Below are positions 38,451-51,493 of a DNA stretch of 64,000 nucleotides, one piece after another. The notes under the pieces were generated by a model. The model saw only the letters and a list, made by a program, of their open reading frames with translations, was not told where the DNA came from and ran no database searches. The stretch comes from Callorhinchus milii (taxonomy: Eukaryota): NCBI RefSeq assembly GCF_018977255.1, contig NW_024704743.1, positions 97,838,001-97,902,000 of the forward strand, given 5' to 3'. A program made the position numbers and the translations under genes. Positions within the stretch are counted from its first letter, which is position 1; every line of letters starts with the position of its first letter.

Positions 38451-38518
38451 AAATCTTAGCTTAATGGTTAGAGCACTCACCTCGCAACCGAGAGGACCTC
38501 CTTGGCAGAAAATCTTAG
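38451..38518 (+). mobile_element. Isolated SINE/tRNA head flanked by 9-bp direct repeats
   Basis: AAATCTTAG at 38451-38459 and 38510-38518 around CTTAATGGTTAGAGCACTCACCTCGCAACCGAGAGGACC. Confidence 0.7.
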
Positions 38519-38819
38519 AAAATAATTGTTCAGCAAAATGTACGTGACTAAGAGCCCACTCCTGGATCTAAAATAATCAAAATCACATGCCTCAGATTTG
38601 AAAAACATGATGATACTGGGAGCTGAGAAGGAAGCAATTGGAACATGTGTGACTTCCCCTCAAAGGGACATCAAGAAATCGTTCAAAAGGGTTGAAGGAA
38701 GAGGGATAAGAATTACTCTAAATAAGTATTATTGATACTTATTTTTATCCTTATTTTTAAGGGTTATTAAAAATAAGTAACAAAAAGAAATTCATAGGAA
38801 GGATAATTACTGCAATATT

Positions 38820-39540
38820 CTTTTATGGTGAAATTCCTGCTGTCATATATACTGAGATCCATCATGTGTTCCAGTTGCTTTCAACCTGTTATAGATCTCA
38901 CTGTCAAAGTTATTGCACTTTGTGGCATGAACATGACTTCTCCCCTATGTGCTGTAAAGCAGTGCACCATTCAATCCACAGAGAATTGTCTCTTTAACCA
39001 TTTCACTTTCAGAAACCCACAGAGACATTACTTAAGGGTCAAGTCATTTCAATCCAACCAAACTCATTATCCAGGCAAGCGATGAAAGAAAATGCCAGTA
39101 CCCTTGGTAGATCAGGACTGAAATCATTGAGATGGACCTGTTGTTGAGAGCTATTCATGAGAGTGTATCGAAAAGGCATCGGGCTTGCATAAAGATTCCC
39201 AAAAGCCCATGTCACTGTGTTGCCCTTGTCACTGATTGATAAACTCTTGCGACTGTGCAGAGAATGTTTCAAGAGGCAGAGAAAGGCAGCCTGATGCTGA
39301 CAGCCTTTGTAATAGGCTGTGTGCTATAGATATTTTAACACTTGGGCTGTCACTGCAGAAATTGATAACCGAGTTGTTTCACACTGAGCTTTTCACCAGG
39401 TTACATTTAATCATTACCCAGGTCTTTTTTAATTCATTTATAAGAAAATAAAATTCAGAATATGAATAATGCTTTTCCCTTTTGAATTTTGTGACGTCAA
39501 TTCACCTGTATGCCATTCTGTGTGTGAATGGCATGAAAAT
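38820..39540. promoter_or_regulatory. Candidate conserved non-coding element
   Basis: Repeat-free; TGATTGAT (39233), TGACAG/CTGTCA (38840, 38901, 39298, 39347), TGACGTCA (39492). Confidence 0.35.
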
Positions 39541-41359
39541 AGATGAAATTTAGAGAAAACTGAAATTAAACCATAGCTTTTGTCAAGTTAGAGAGAGACT
39601 AACTTTTCAGGATCCAGACCTGGACTCAGATTCAATCCCATATTCAGATCAAGATTCCGATTTGATTCAAGTTCCTACCATACAAAAGAAACCTATCCAC
39701 ATTACAGCTTCTGGAGTTGAAGGGGTTTTGAACCACTAAAACAACAACAACTTGAATTTATATAGTGCCCTCCACGCGGATGGCATCTCAGAGCGCTTTA
39801 CAGTAACGGATTCTGGGGCCGAGCCAGGGGGGGGCCATTTATCAAAAAAAAATTGACTGATCTTTTGGTCACTTCTAAATATGAACGAAAAAATTTTTTC
39901 TAAATAAACAGTAAAATTCTAATTAAGCAATAGAGTGAACTTTGCAAAGTCTTTTGAACATATCTGTGGTAGTCCTTATTGCATTCCTTGTGTTAATTAT
40001 CTTAAGGAATGTTGCAAATATCTTGTTCCTTTATTAATGCCATCCTTGGATTAATATATTCCCCCTACTGCGGAAACCCGAGTACCTGTGACCTGGGAGT
40101 CTCTGTAATCATGTATGTCAGAGTCACGGGGGTCACTGAAACCTCCTTTCTGTTCAATGAACCTCTATTTTGGCCTATGTCTGCATGTGCACAGTCAGTT
40201 CTGTCTGAATCTGGTCCATGTTTAATGACTCATTTACATTGTGTTGGGAATTCAACAGAATCTAGTTCCCAAGGTTCACATTTCATAAAAGTTCCATCTT
40301 ATAGTCTTCCACTAAATACTGTAGATATTCTTGATTCTATCAAGGCAAATTTGAAAAACTTGGGAAAGGATTTCTAAAAGGCAATTCCTGCAGGTAGCCA
40401 TGGAATTAGGCTATTATTTTTCTCACAGTAGCATTGAGGTCCCATGTACATCAACAATGGTGGCAGTCAGAGATGACGGCTGTCTTCAAACCAAATTACT
40501 GTGCTATTGTTGGTGTGTGTGTGTTGGGGAGGGGTGGTGGCAGTGGTATGTATATCTGTTTGGAAGCCAAGTTTTTGCGATGTTATAATTAACATCAGTA
40601 ATATTTATCACCAATATAGTTATCACCGATGATGAACTATCATATCACAAACCACATTTTTCATTTCACCAAAGTTTTGTTTTTTTCTTCGTGCTCCAGT
40701 CATCCTAAGGAAAGCTAACAGATGAAAGATGGATGTGAAAGATTATAAATGATGTCGCTGTCATCAATTGTGTGTCTAAATATAACATTAAAGTGCTCAG
40801 AATTAAACCTCGAGCATCACTTTCTTGTTATTTGTGTTTGTTTATTTGAATATTTTGGTTTAAATGACAAGTGCTCAAGACATCATCAGAGAAACTGGCT
40901 TGGGAATGCCATCAATTCCAATGCTGCACTAAGATTCATCATTTAAATGGCAAGATTGATGAGAAATCTCAGGGCTAGTACATGTATCTATAATAATGTT
41001 AATTCAGATCCCATAAACAAATTTATCTTCACTAAGCTGCTTGGCTCAGCTAATGGCTAGCACCTCTGGATCAGAAGGTGGTCGTTTTAAGCCCTATATA
41101 CTGAGAGAAGATTGAGAGAGAAAACATTATTCCACTGTCTTTGGGCTGATCAGTTACAAACCAGTAATTAAGCACCTCTTAAAACCTTAAAGCAGAGGTT
41201 TTAAGGACATGTATTAACCCTGAAGCGTGTGTAATTTCTTTATTATTCCCAAACTTAACAAAGGAAGGGATTGCATATCTGAACACCACAATTATGATGT
41301 CATAATTATTTGTAAAATATTAATTTTGTTAGATTAAAAAAGTAATAAGATTGTACGCA

Positions 41360-42352
41360 ATAGAATACAATACAAAATTACATTCCGTTCCAAGGTGCTG
41401 AACAGTCAGGGATTAGGACGAGCGGGGGTGGGGGCGATCAGGAGGTGTGGAGGGCAGAGAGGGTAGGAGGGTGCCGAAGGCATGGTTGAAGAGGAGAATC
41501 TTGAAGCGTGCCTTGAAGGAGGCAAGTGGGGGAGTGAGGCGAAGGAAATGTGGGGTGGAGTTCCAGAGGGTGCAGGGTTGATAAGGGGTTAGTATGTCGG
41601 AGAGGTAGGAGGGGCCAAGGCCATGGAGAGCCTTGAAGGTGAGGATGAGAATTTTGAACTCAATCCTCTGAGGGTTTGGGAGTCAATGGAGCTGGGCAAG
41701 GCAGAACGGGTCAGAGCACGGATATGGGGGAGAAAGGACAGTTGAGGGTTGAACAAGACGCCTAGGTTCCTGACTGGCTTGTGAGGTAGAGTGTGCATCC
41801 TTGGATGGTGATGCTGCCAATGACTGAGGTGTGGAGGGACTGGCATGAGTCAATTAAGAGAACCTCGATCTTACTGACGTTCAACTGTAGAAATGTGGCT
41901 CCCATCCAGGACTCGATGTCTGACAGACATTCTGTCAGGACGTCAGTGGTCCTGGGATCGAGGGTGGAGGCAGAGAGATAGAGTTGGGTGTCATCCACGT
42001 ACATGTGGAAGTTGACCCCATGGCAGATGATGTCACCAAGAGGAAGCATGTACAAGTTGAAGAGGAGAGGACAGAGCCCTGAGGAACACCGCAGGAGAAC
42101 GGTGCGGGGGCTGGAGGAGAAGCCATTTGTGGAGAAAAAGTGGAGCTTGTGTGAGAGATAGGATCTGAACCATTCAAGGACAGAAGCTTGAAGGTTAAAG
42201 TGAGAGGAGAGGCAGTGGAGGAAGATAGAGTGGTACACAGTTTCAAAGGCAATAAAGATGTCGAAGAGGACGAGGAGACACAGGGAGCCCTGGTCACAGA
42301 TGGACAGAACGCCATTTGTCACCTTGACCAGGGCTGTGTCAGTGCTGTGGTA
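41360..42352 (-). mobile_element. L2 LINE relic with RT domain
   Basis: HSTDTALVKVTN..SLCLLVLFDIFIAFETVYH..WFRSYLS..GVPQGS..FHMYVDDTQLY..FLQLNVSKIE. Confidence 0.95.
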
Positions 42353-43027
42353 CCTTTGTAGTAGTTGTGACATATATAGATTTGTTTTCTGTCGTAAAAC
42401 ACTTGTTATCTATTAGAACTGAGACTGAAGAGACACAGATATCTGTCAGAATGTGAGAATATTTAATCTGTCACTGTTTTTGGAGATTTTACTAACTCAT
42501 GTGATGAGTTTCAGAATTTGTGGACTGGTAGGCTTGTGTCACTTCGCACCAGTGATGCTGGCTGTAACCAACTCGATTCAGACCAGCCTTGGACGTTAGT
42601 CAGTCAACCAGCAGTGACCAGCAAGTGCCAGTCATCAAGTGACAGTCCTGGACTCTGTTTCATTTCTGATGATTTGAATGTGCCTCTGCAGATTAGACAG
42701 TGAAAGGTGACTGGGATAATGATACGCTGCTAACTATGAGCTTCATTGATAAAGGGAACTTCAAATGTACCAAAATATTTTGTAACTGAAATGAATGAAG
42801 AGTATAAGGAACAGAATATAATATGGTATTCTTGAGATGTTGAGAACAGCTAGGTGCACTCTGTACTTTCCTGTTTTCTTGTATGAATACATGTCTTCCT
42901 TTGTTAGTGAATAGGTGATTTGGAACATGCTTGCTGACATTAGTACCCTAATGTTTAGTGGTGATATAGTGTTGGGTATGACAATGTTTAAAACATGTTC
43001 CCCAGGATTCAGTAGAAGGATATATTG

Positions 43028-43568
43028 AATCTGCCCTCCCGGGGGAGAAGGTAAATGGGTCTCTTTGGGGCTGAATTGGCTTCAAAACAGCATGCCTGGA
43101 AATGGAACATCGGAATTAATTTGATATTCTGTAGTGGCCTCTATCTGAGCCAGACAGGTCGGCAGGTATCCAAAACACTATTGATGACAGCAAACAGGAG
43201 TTGAAGGAGTAAACTAGTCACTGAGTTAGGGCTTTTTTTCCATTCAACTCCTGTTCACCCAGCAAGTCAAAGCTACAATGGGCAGGGTGATCCTAACTCA
43301 GACAGTGTTTACAATGGCAAGCTGCACAGGTTTAGCTGGCTAAACTCCAGAAATACCCTAATGCACACATTGAGATCCCGAGCCTTGGTTCTTGCCAACC
43401 TGTGTATTATTTTAGGTAAGCAATCCGTGTCCCTCTGGTCCACATCCCATTCTAAACCCAGGGAAATTCCCATGCATATGTGGAGCTTAAAGTAGTTTGA
43501 TTTGGATACTTTTATACAATGAAGATGGGATTCTCCGTGTATCAAACACCTAGCTGACCAAAAATAAT
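43028..43568 (+). repeat. Family X, apparently full-length copy
   Basis: Starts CCCTCCCGGGGGAGAAGGTAAATGGGTCTC..GAATTGGCTTCAA (homologous to the ends at 3912/18822/28095); ends AGCTGACCAAAAATAATA. Confidence 0.75.
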
Positions 43569-43584
43569 ATTTAATGATGTGGTT

Positions 43585-43785
43585 TTGAACTGTACCAGTG
43601 TGGAAGGTCCTAGGTTCAATTATTGCTGAGTTAGTTGATTTCGGAACTGAAAGTTAACTGTTAGCTGAGAATCCCCAGGTTGAGCAAGAGGAAACAATCA
43701 AACAGGTTACCTGTACTGATTACTCTCTAATGAATCCTGTTGGAAATGGACATGAACTGACATTGGGTGAGGATGGCCATTCTAA
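43585..43785 (+). mobile_element. Ancient SINE-like relic (unnamed)
   Basis: GGAAGGTCCTAGGTTCAAT..GCTGAGTTAGTTGATTTC; a related reverse copy near 23740-23870. Confidence 0.4.
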
Positions 43786-44449
43786 ATATATCCAGAGAGA
43801 AAAACACAACCTACTCCTCTGCAACCTTACAACCTACAACCTACTCCCTCCATAACTAATCTGAGAGGGTTTGTTTTAAAGATGTTCCTACACAAAAGCC
43901 ATTTATGCACAAAAGAAGAATGCTATCATAGCAGGCAAAGTCCACTTAAGCTACATTAAAATTCTATTCAGATAGACATCTTGCCTTTGCACTTATCCAG
44001 AGGAAATTTAAGATTTGCAACAGAATGGATTTATTGTCAGAGTTCCTACACAAACTGCATGTGCACAATAGAATGGCAAAATTGAGGTCATAGTATTCAG
44101 CTATAAATAGTGAGCAAGCATCTAGCTGAGTGATGTAAAGAATACAAACAACTGCTCTGCTGCTTGTAACAGGAAAAAGCAAAGGAGAGTGCACCGTGCT
44201 ACAGGCTGTATGTAATCTCTTACGAAAAACAATGGTAATTGGAACAGAATCTCTTTGTTGTGAAAATACAGCTGTAGCACAGAATTGTAGAGAAAGCTGT
44301 CTTCATAAGTAAATGATTGTTGTATGTTTTTTTCTTGTGGAGAAAGACATAAGATGAGCAGTAGTTTAGCATTCTGGCAGCTCAGCCGATTAGCTCAGGA
44401 TCAGAAAATTCAGTATTCAAAATGCATTGGGTCCACTCAGCCCTTTGCA

Positions 44450-44680
44450 CGTTCTGCCATTCAGTTGAATGCTAAAGATCCCACGTTATTACTCAAAAAG
44501 AAAAGAGCTTCTCCTGGTGTCCTGCCAACAATCCTTCAGATTAATCAAGCATTAATCTCATGGTTGTTTGAGGGATCTTGCTATGTAAAGCTATGCCTGC
44601 CACGTTTGCCTACAAAAACAGTCACTATATTTGCCAGTTAATATTCCAACCTATTCTGAAATGTTTCAGTGTGATAGGCA
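44450..44680 (+). mobile_element. Decayed Deu-SINE fragment
   Basis: GCTAAAGATCCCACG..TTCTCCTGGTGTCCTGCCAACAATCC. Confidence 0.65.
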
Positions 44681-44799
44681 TTTTAAATTGTACATTCGTT
44701 TAAGTTCTTCCAGATGATTTAGCTGAGATTGGGAAGTGTGGATATACTAGCTAAACAAGCACCATGAAACTCCCCCCCCTGCCCCCATGCTATACTGGT

Positions 44800-45088
44800 G
44801 AGCTGTCGCTGTATAGTGTTAGCTGGTCAGACTCAGCAGTTACCCCAACGCACACTTTGGGGTCCCCAAGCCTTGGCTTCTGCCAACCTGCGCCTAATAC
44901 TTTCTGGAATTAGGTAAGCAGGATGCATCCCTCCAGGGAGAGAGTATGCATTCCAATTCAACAATCTACCTCTAGAATGTCCATGTGTAGGTGGGATGCA
45001 TGGAAATCTCAGTTAGGTTTGGATGCTCTTAAGCATGGTGATGGGTTTCTGCGTGTGTCAGACTCCCTGACGGCTGACCAAAAAAAAA
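44800..45088 (+). repeat. Family X 3' half with A-tract end
   Basis: Ends GTGTCAGACTCCCTGACGGCTGACC followed by an A-run. Confidence 0.8.
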
Positions 45089-45969
45089 TCATCTTCATTA
45101 TTAGCATCTATATTCAGATCAGATCATTGTTAGGTAAAAAACAAAACAAGAAGAATATTAGTCAAAAGATATCAAGAAGATCAGAGAGACTAAGAAGAGA
45201 GCAGTGCAAGAATGACCAGTGAATTCTAGTTCTTATGGTGTAAGTCCACATTCCTGCATATTTAACAAAAATAGTGGAAGAGTTTTGTCGTCGTCTTGCT
45301 GTTTGATCTCTTGACAACTTGAGCGCACAGATGAAGGTACATGGGGGAGAAAATAGACACTAAGTACAGAGAAAAGTTCAATGTCCAAAAATAGCCTGTT
45401 CCTGACATGGGAGCATTGTAAATTTTAAACAATTTTATGCAGAATTCTCAATCAGTTGTAGCCCACAGCGACTCTTGAATTATGATACATTACGTCCTCC
45501 ACATACATATTGGAAAATATGTCAGCTAATTTGCACCAACTGAACACTAAGGGAATTATTCTCCACTTCATGGTGATTTATCTGCCTTTGCACTGTGTGC
45601 TTATTATGTGATTTCCTTATACGTTATAACTGACAAGCAGAAGCTCGCTCTATATAGACTTGTTTATATGCAGGCAAGGAAAGTTCAATTTCTCTTTCTA
45701 TGCTTTAGTCAAAATATAACAAGATGTCACTGCTTGTTCTTGTGTAGCATTGGATAATTTCTCATTGGTACGATCTATGTTCTGTTCATTTTTTACCAGC
45801 ATAATTGATAATAATCACTAGACCTATTTAACATACATAATGTATGTGACATTTACTCCATTAAGACATCAGAGTCAATTTTGCAACATTTTCTTAATGA
45901 GTTTCCTAATTAAGCTATCCAGAGGTTGTAATGCTGACTCTTGGGAATGATGCTCCAACTGAATCTGTT

Positions 45970-47083
45970 TTAATAATAATAATAAACCTCGCATTTGCTT
46001 TAGAACCTAGAATGTCAAAACGTCCCTTGACAACAACAACAGCGGGGGACAGGGTTGGGATGAGGGAGGGCAGAGAGGTAGGAGGGTCTTGAAGGAGGCA
46101 AGGGAGGGAGTGAGGTGAAGGAATGGTGTGATGGAGTTCCAAAGGGTGCGGGCAGAGAGGTTGAAAGCGCAACTGCCTGCTGAACGGAGGGAGCAAACAG
46201 GTTAATAGGGGGTCAGCAGGTCAGAGAGGTAGGAGGGGGCAAGGCCATGGAGGGCCTTGAAAGTGAGGATGAGGATTTTGAATTCTATCCTCTGAGGGAT
46301 GGGGAGCCAGTGAAGCTGGACGAGGGTAGGGGTGATGGGATCACAGAGCTTGGTGTGGGAGAGGACACGAGCTGCAGAGTTCTGGATGATCTGCAGCTTG
46401 TGGAGGGAAGAGTTGCGGAGGCCGACAAAGAGGGAGTCTCCGTAGTCGAGCCTTGAGGTGACGAATACGTGTATGAGAGTTTCGGCGGCCTGAGGGGTGA
46501 AGCAGTGGTGGAGTTAGGCAATGTTGCAGAGGTGGAGGAAGGGTCATGGCATGGATAGGGGGAGAAAGGACAGTTGAGGGTCGAACAAGATGCCAAGGTT
46601 CCTGACTGGCTTAGTGAGGTGGAGTGTGCATCCCTGGATGCTGATGCTGCCAGTGCCTGAGGTACGGAGGTGCTGGCGCGAGCCAAGCAGGAGAGCCTCG
46701 GTCTTGCTGACATTCAGCTGTAGAAAGTTAGTTCTCATCCAGGACTTGATGTCTGACAGACAGTCTGTCAGGACATCAGTTGTCATGGAATTGAGGGTGG
46801 AGGCAGAGAGATAGAGTTGGGTGTCATCCACGTACATGTAGAAGATGACCTCATATCTGCGGATGATGTCACCAAGAGGGAGCATGTAGAGGAAGGGATT
46901 GAGGACAGGGCCCAAAGGAACACTGTACAGGGGCTAGAAGGCAAACTGTTGGCAGAGACAAATTGGAGATGGTGTGAGAGATAAGGGCTGAACCATTCAA
47001 GGACAGAATCTTGAAGGTTAAGGTGAGAGGAGAGGCAGTGAAGGAGGATGAAGTGGTCCACGGTATTAAAGGCAGCAGAGAGC
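45970..47083 (-). mobile_element. L2 LINE relic with RT domain
   Basis: LSAAFNTVDHFILL..WFSPYLS; YMLPLGDIIRR..YMYVDDTQLY..NFLQLNVSKTEALL..VRNLGILFDPQLSF. Confidence 0.95.
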
Positions 47084-47112
47084 ACTATTCACTGTTAAAA
47101 GTAATGATTGTT

Positions 47113-47547
47113 TAATAATAATCCTTGCATTTGATATAGAGCCCTATCACATCTTCAAGATGTCTCAAAGCGCTTCACAGAATATACTATAAAGTGAATT
47201 GACTGTGTATTTTGTGAGCATTGTTTGTCTGTTGGCAAACACAGCACCTAATTTCTGCACAGCAATGGCGATTAAAAAGCCATGACGTGAATGATCAATT
47301 CCCCTTAGCCAGGATATCAGGAGAAACTGTTGCCTTTTCCAATAGTGTCATGGATTCTTTAACATCCACCTGAACAAACAGATGGGACTTTGATTTAATA
47401 TTTCATCCCAAGGACACCACCTCTGACAATACAGCACTGCACTGGAATGTCAGCCTAGGCTGTGAGCTCAAAATCTCCAACACGGAGTTTGAGCCCATAA
47501 CGTTCTGACACGGGGGAGAATGCTAGCAACTGAACTAAGCTGACACA
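47113..47547 (-). mobile_element. Deu-SINE, near full length
   Basis: Tail TAATAATAATCCTTGCATTTGAT; Deu core reverse complement TTTAACATCCACCTGAAC; head ..ACTGAACTAAGCTGACACA. Confidence 0.85.
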
Positions 47548-49214
47548 TTTTGGAGTAGTGTTACCTTGAGTCTGAGTGACAAGCATGATGTACTTCTATT
47601 TACTTATAGAGTCTGCAGCACTTTATTCCATGTAAATACAGTAGAGCCTTTTTATAGACATGTCTCAGTGTGGGTGGAGGGATGTAATGGAATCAGTCAC
47701 CGAATGCAATGAAAGCAGCTTACATACTGGAATCATCTGAAGGTAATCAGTATGCTCCATTGCAAACCAGTGTATCTAACACCACATTTATACGCAGTGA
47801 TTCTTGCATAAAAAGTTGTGTTATCCTTTACAGATCAACATTTCTTTAGGCAATATGTCTTGCTCTCTAGAAACCCCAACAAGCTGCCAATGGTGGCTAA
47901 GAATTTTGGATTAGATATCTGGTTGAAAAGTTCATCTTGGTAATTTTCCCAAAGACACTGTCTCATAATACGTAGTTCTTCCAGATAGAGAGGGGATTTA
48001 CCATGATATATGTAGGTCACGAGATCCTGATTCCAGCTGTTAGGACGATAAGCTTCACAAATAGAGTGACAGTACAACAATGCCATTGGCAGCTTGTCCA
48101 GGAAAGGGATACCTAGGACAAGTAAAATACCTTCAATTCATTCTGCAGGTGTTAATTGAAATTTGAAGCCAAGGTGACAGATTGAACTTTGGAGGGTTGA
48201 CTCCATTGGAAACAATACTGGCTGAAGGCACTGGTGGGATTCTGTGTTTCCAGGAAAACACTGGGTTTGAAAGGAGAATGACCTTTCTCCTGGTATTCCG
48301 AAAAAGAATATTCCAGATTAATTAGTCATTCATTCATGGTTGTTTGTGTAACATTGTTGGGCACACATTGGTCCATGTTTTCCTACCGAAGAGCTTGACA
48401 ATAATTGCCCGTGAAGTGGTTTAAGACATTATACCATCAGCATACAAGGTCGTTGTTTGTTTGTTTTTGTTTGTTTGTTTCTTTCTTTCCTTCTGTTGGT
48501 CTTCCTTTTTTGTCTTTCTTTCATCATGATTTGGAATGATTGACACTGCAGTTTTTCATCTAAAATAGTCTAATTGCTGCTAGCCTAATGTTTACTGCAG
48601 CTATACCAACTTCCTTGAAGCAGCTTGCATTTACATAGTCCTTTAACAGGTTAGTATCTTGTAACAGTATTAAATTGGCATTGCATTAATATACAGTGAA
48701 TCAGTTAAAGAAGAAGCTTGCTGCAAAGGAAGCACTTTGAATGCAAACTCTGTGTGTCTCAGATGACTAATTTGTTCAATAATTCCTACCCTTAAAGTTG
48801 GATCTATTACTGAAAGGCTGACTCTCAGCCCAAGTAGAGCAACGTTTTACAAAAGTTGTCAACCATGGCATCCAAAAGGACTAAGATCCAGACACAGTGA
48901 AGGTTGGCAGCATTTGAGTTGTTAGAAATCCAGTGGAAGTTATGTTTTGTTTTGTTTGCTAAACCAATACCAGTTAGGTTTTGTTGTCTTCATAGTTAAT
49001 CAACCCTAATATTTGACCAGTTCTGCCAATTCTGAGAGTCTCGACAGGTATTATTTCTCTTCCACACCCAATTACTGTATATCTGCCGAAGACTGAGGCT
49101 GTGTTTGCTACAAGGAAGCTCAGCTTGTTATTGTTGTTAAATGCTCTGAGATGCTGCTCTGTGTGAAGATCGCTATATAAATGCAAGTTATACTTGCTAC
49201 TTTTGGAGATTTTG

Positions 49215-49600
49215 TTACCCAGCTTCTCCAACTCTCGCCTCTGAGTCAACTTGTTACTCATATTGTCTATGCTGATATTCCAATACAGTCCTGGGAATGT
49301 CCTGAATTGTCGGAGGTGTCATCCTTTGGATGAGTCATTAAACCAAGATTCTGTCTACCTGTCCAGTGGACGTTAAAGATCTTATGGCACTATTCAAAGA
49401 TAAAGGAGTTTCTCACAGTGTCCTGGCCAACAATATATATTCACTTCATGGCTGTTTGTGGGATATTATTGTGCGAACATTTGCTGCCATGTGTGCTCAC
49501 ACATGCAGTCATACCACTTTACAGCATATCCTGTGAAGAGCTTGGAGACATCATCCCGAAGTAAAAGGCTCCATGTCAAGGGTAAGGATTATTATCATTA
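49215..49600 (+). mobile_element. Deu-SINE
   Basis: TTGTCGGAGGTGTCATCCTTTGGATGAG..GTGGACGTTAAAGATCTTATGGCACTATTC. Confidence 0.8.
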
Positions 49601-51167
49601 TTTTACTTCCCCATTGAAAATGGGATTTTTGGAGCTGTATCCATTTGATGAATAAATATGATATGGAGCTCAAATATTATTGTTATTCATGATTCAGCTA
49701 CTCTCTCTGTTCAGGCTTGTGATGCACAATCCCTTAGAATGATGATTTATATAGGTAGTAACTTTTACCCTTTATAAAGCATCAAATGGTATCATGATGT
49801 GATAGATCCAAATTAAAATTAATTTAGGCACTTTCAATCCAGTCCCCAGTAGACATTAGTCCAAAGTAAAACAAAATTCTCATATCTAACACTAACCAAG
49901 ACCAATTTGTTAATTTTGCAGGAAATGTGTGAGAAGGGAAATTGTGCCCTTCATTTGGTAGTCATTTAAATGCAACAGCTGCTCTACAGATAAAATGATG
50001 AGGATATGGACCAAAATATTGAAATAAAATGTAAGCAATGTTTTTCTTTTTCCGAGCAATCCTAACAAATCGAACTTATTTTGTGGTCCTCAACCTCAGG
50101 AAGAAAGTGTGTCTCAGATTCTTAGGGAAGATTACAGGGGAACGTCCAGGTTGCTGGCCTACTTTCCAGTTCACTGGCTGCTATTTCTGATACGTGCTGA
50201 GAGAATCCAAAATATTTATACTGGGTAATTTATATTAGCAAAGGTAATACAGCAATAATTTAACTGATGCTAAGAGTAACTCATGATGCTTTTCAAAGTA
50301 TTTTGAAATGCAAGGATTATTATTATACAAAACCCTAAGCTTGCCTGGGTTTCACATGGTTGGAAAGAAAACTAAATGGAGAAAGTTTACAATAGATCAG
50401 ACCTTCCACTTTTGGTAGAATCTTTTGGTAACCTGATATTTTGAAGGAATGTTATGTGGCATATGGGAGAGAATCTAAGAAGGAGGAGAAAAACATTAAG
50501 AAAAAGTAATATTTTAAATTGAAAAGTCTGTCTGCATTTTCTTCCATATTGAATTTATTAACGAGATCCTCTAAAGCCACATCAGTGACCTGCTATAACA
50601 TTTCAAAATTCATTTGGAGTCCAGGTATAGTTGAAAATCCATTCAATTTATTATTTGTTATGAATATTTATATTTGAGCATCTATAAATTGCCAGCCTTC
50701 AATAAGGTCATCTTTGTCAAGTATTATACAGAGAATGTGATCATAAGTCAGGTTTGCTCAAAGGCATTTTGACATGTGAATAATGCATTGAAATTTCATT
50801 TAATTCCGGTCCAATAACATTTAATTTCCTTTGAAATAAAATAATTTTACACTGACACAAGACCATTCCCAAAGTGTTCAATTTTTTCACGCCTCTGTGA
50901 TCTACCGCCCAGATTTTATTGGTTGAATTAAAAAGGTACATTGTGGGGTGATGATAATATTACAGCATCGAATATTACAGTGAAAGACTTGGATTGCAAT
51001 TCTCCCTTCACTGCTCATCGGTGAGAATTCTAGTTTAATGTCACATTAAAGCAGTGGTGTGTAACTTCTTTGACCTTAGGGCTCAGAAGCTTGGAAGTCC
51101 CAGACATATGATACATTCTGGTCAAATGCACATGTATAATCCATGAATATCCATGAGTATAGTACAT

Positions 51168-51483
51168 GTGGAGTCCTGTAGCTCAGTGGTTAGAGCACTC
51201 GCCTTGCAAGCGAGACACCTGGGTTCAATTCCAGTCAGGGCGAAACCTTGGGCAAGTTTCCTTACTCCACATGCCTAATAATAATCCCTCCAAAAACAAA
51301 AACAATAATAAATTGGTCACTTTCAGTCCACGATTGTTTGTGGGACACTGCTGTGCGCAATTGGCTGCCGCGTTGCGCCCACAAATTTACAGTCAATTCA
51401 CTTTACAGTATATTCTGCGAAGCGCTTTGAGATGTCTAGAAGATGTGAAAAGCGCTATATCAAATGCAAGGATTATTATTATT
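51168..51483 (+). mobile_element. tRNA-SINE, short form (first of a tandem pair)
   Basis: Full head, body and tail. Confidence 0.95.
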
Positions 51484-51493
51484 TATTTATATA

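Noticed and set aside
39611..39739. Acidic exon DPDLDSDSIPYSDQDSD after TTTTCAG
   Set aside because: Explained by a degenerate GATTCA-like repeat; short pyrimidine tract; the frame stops next to an L2 tail
2979..47083. Minus-strand bias of long L2 relics as evidence for a plus-strand host gene
   Set aside because: Only four elements, and several shorter L2 fragments are on the plus strand
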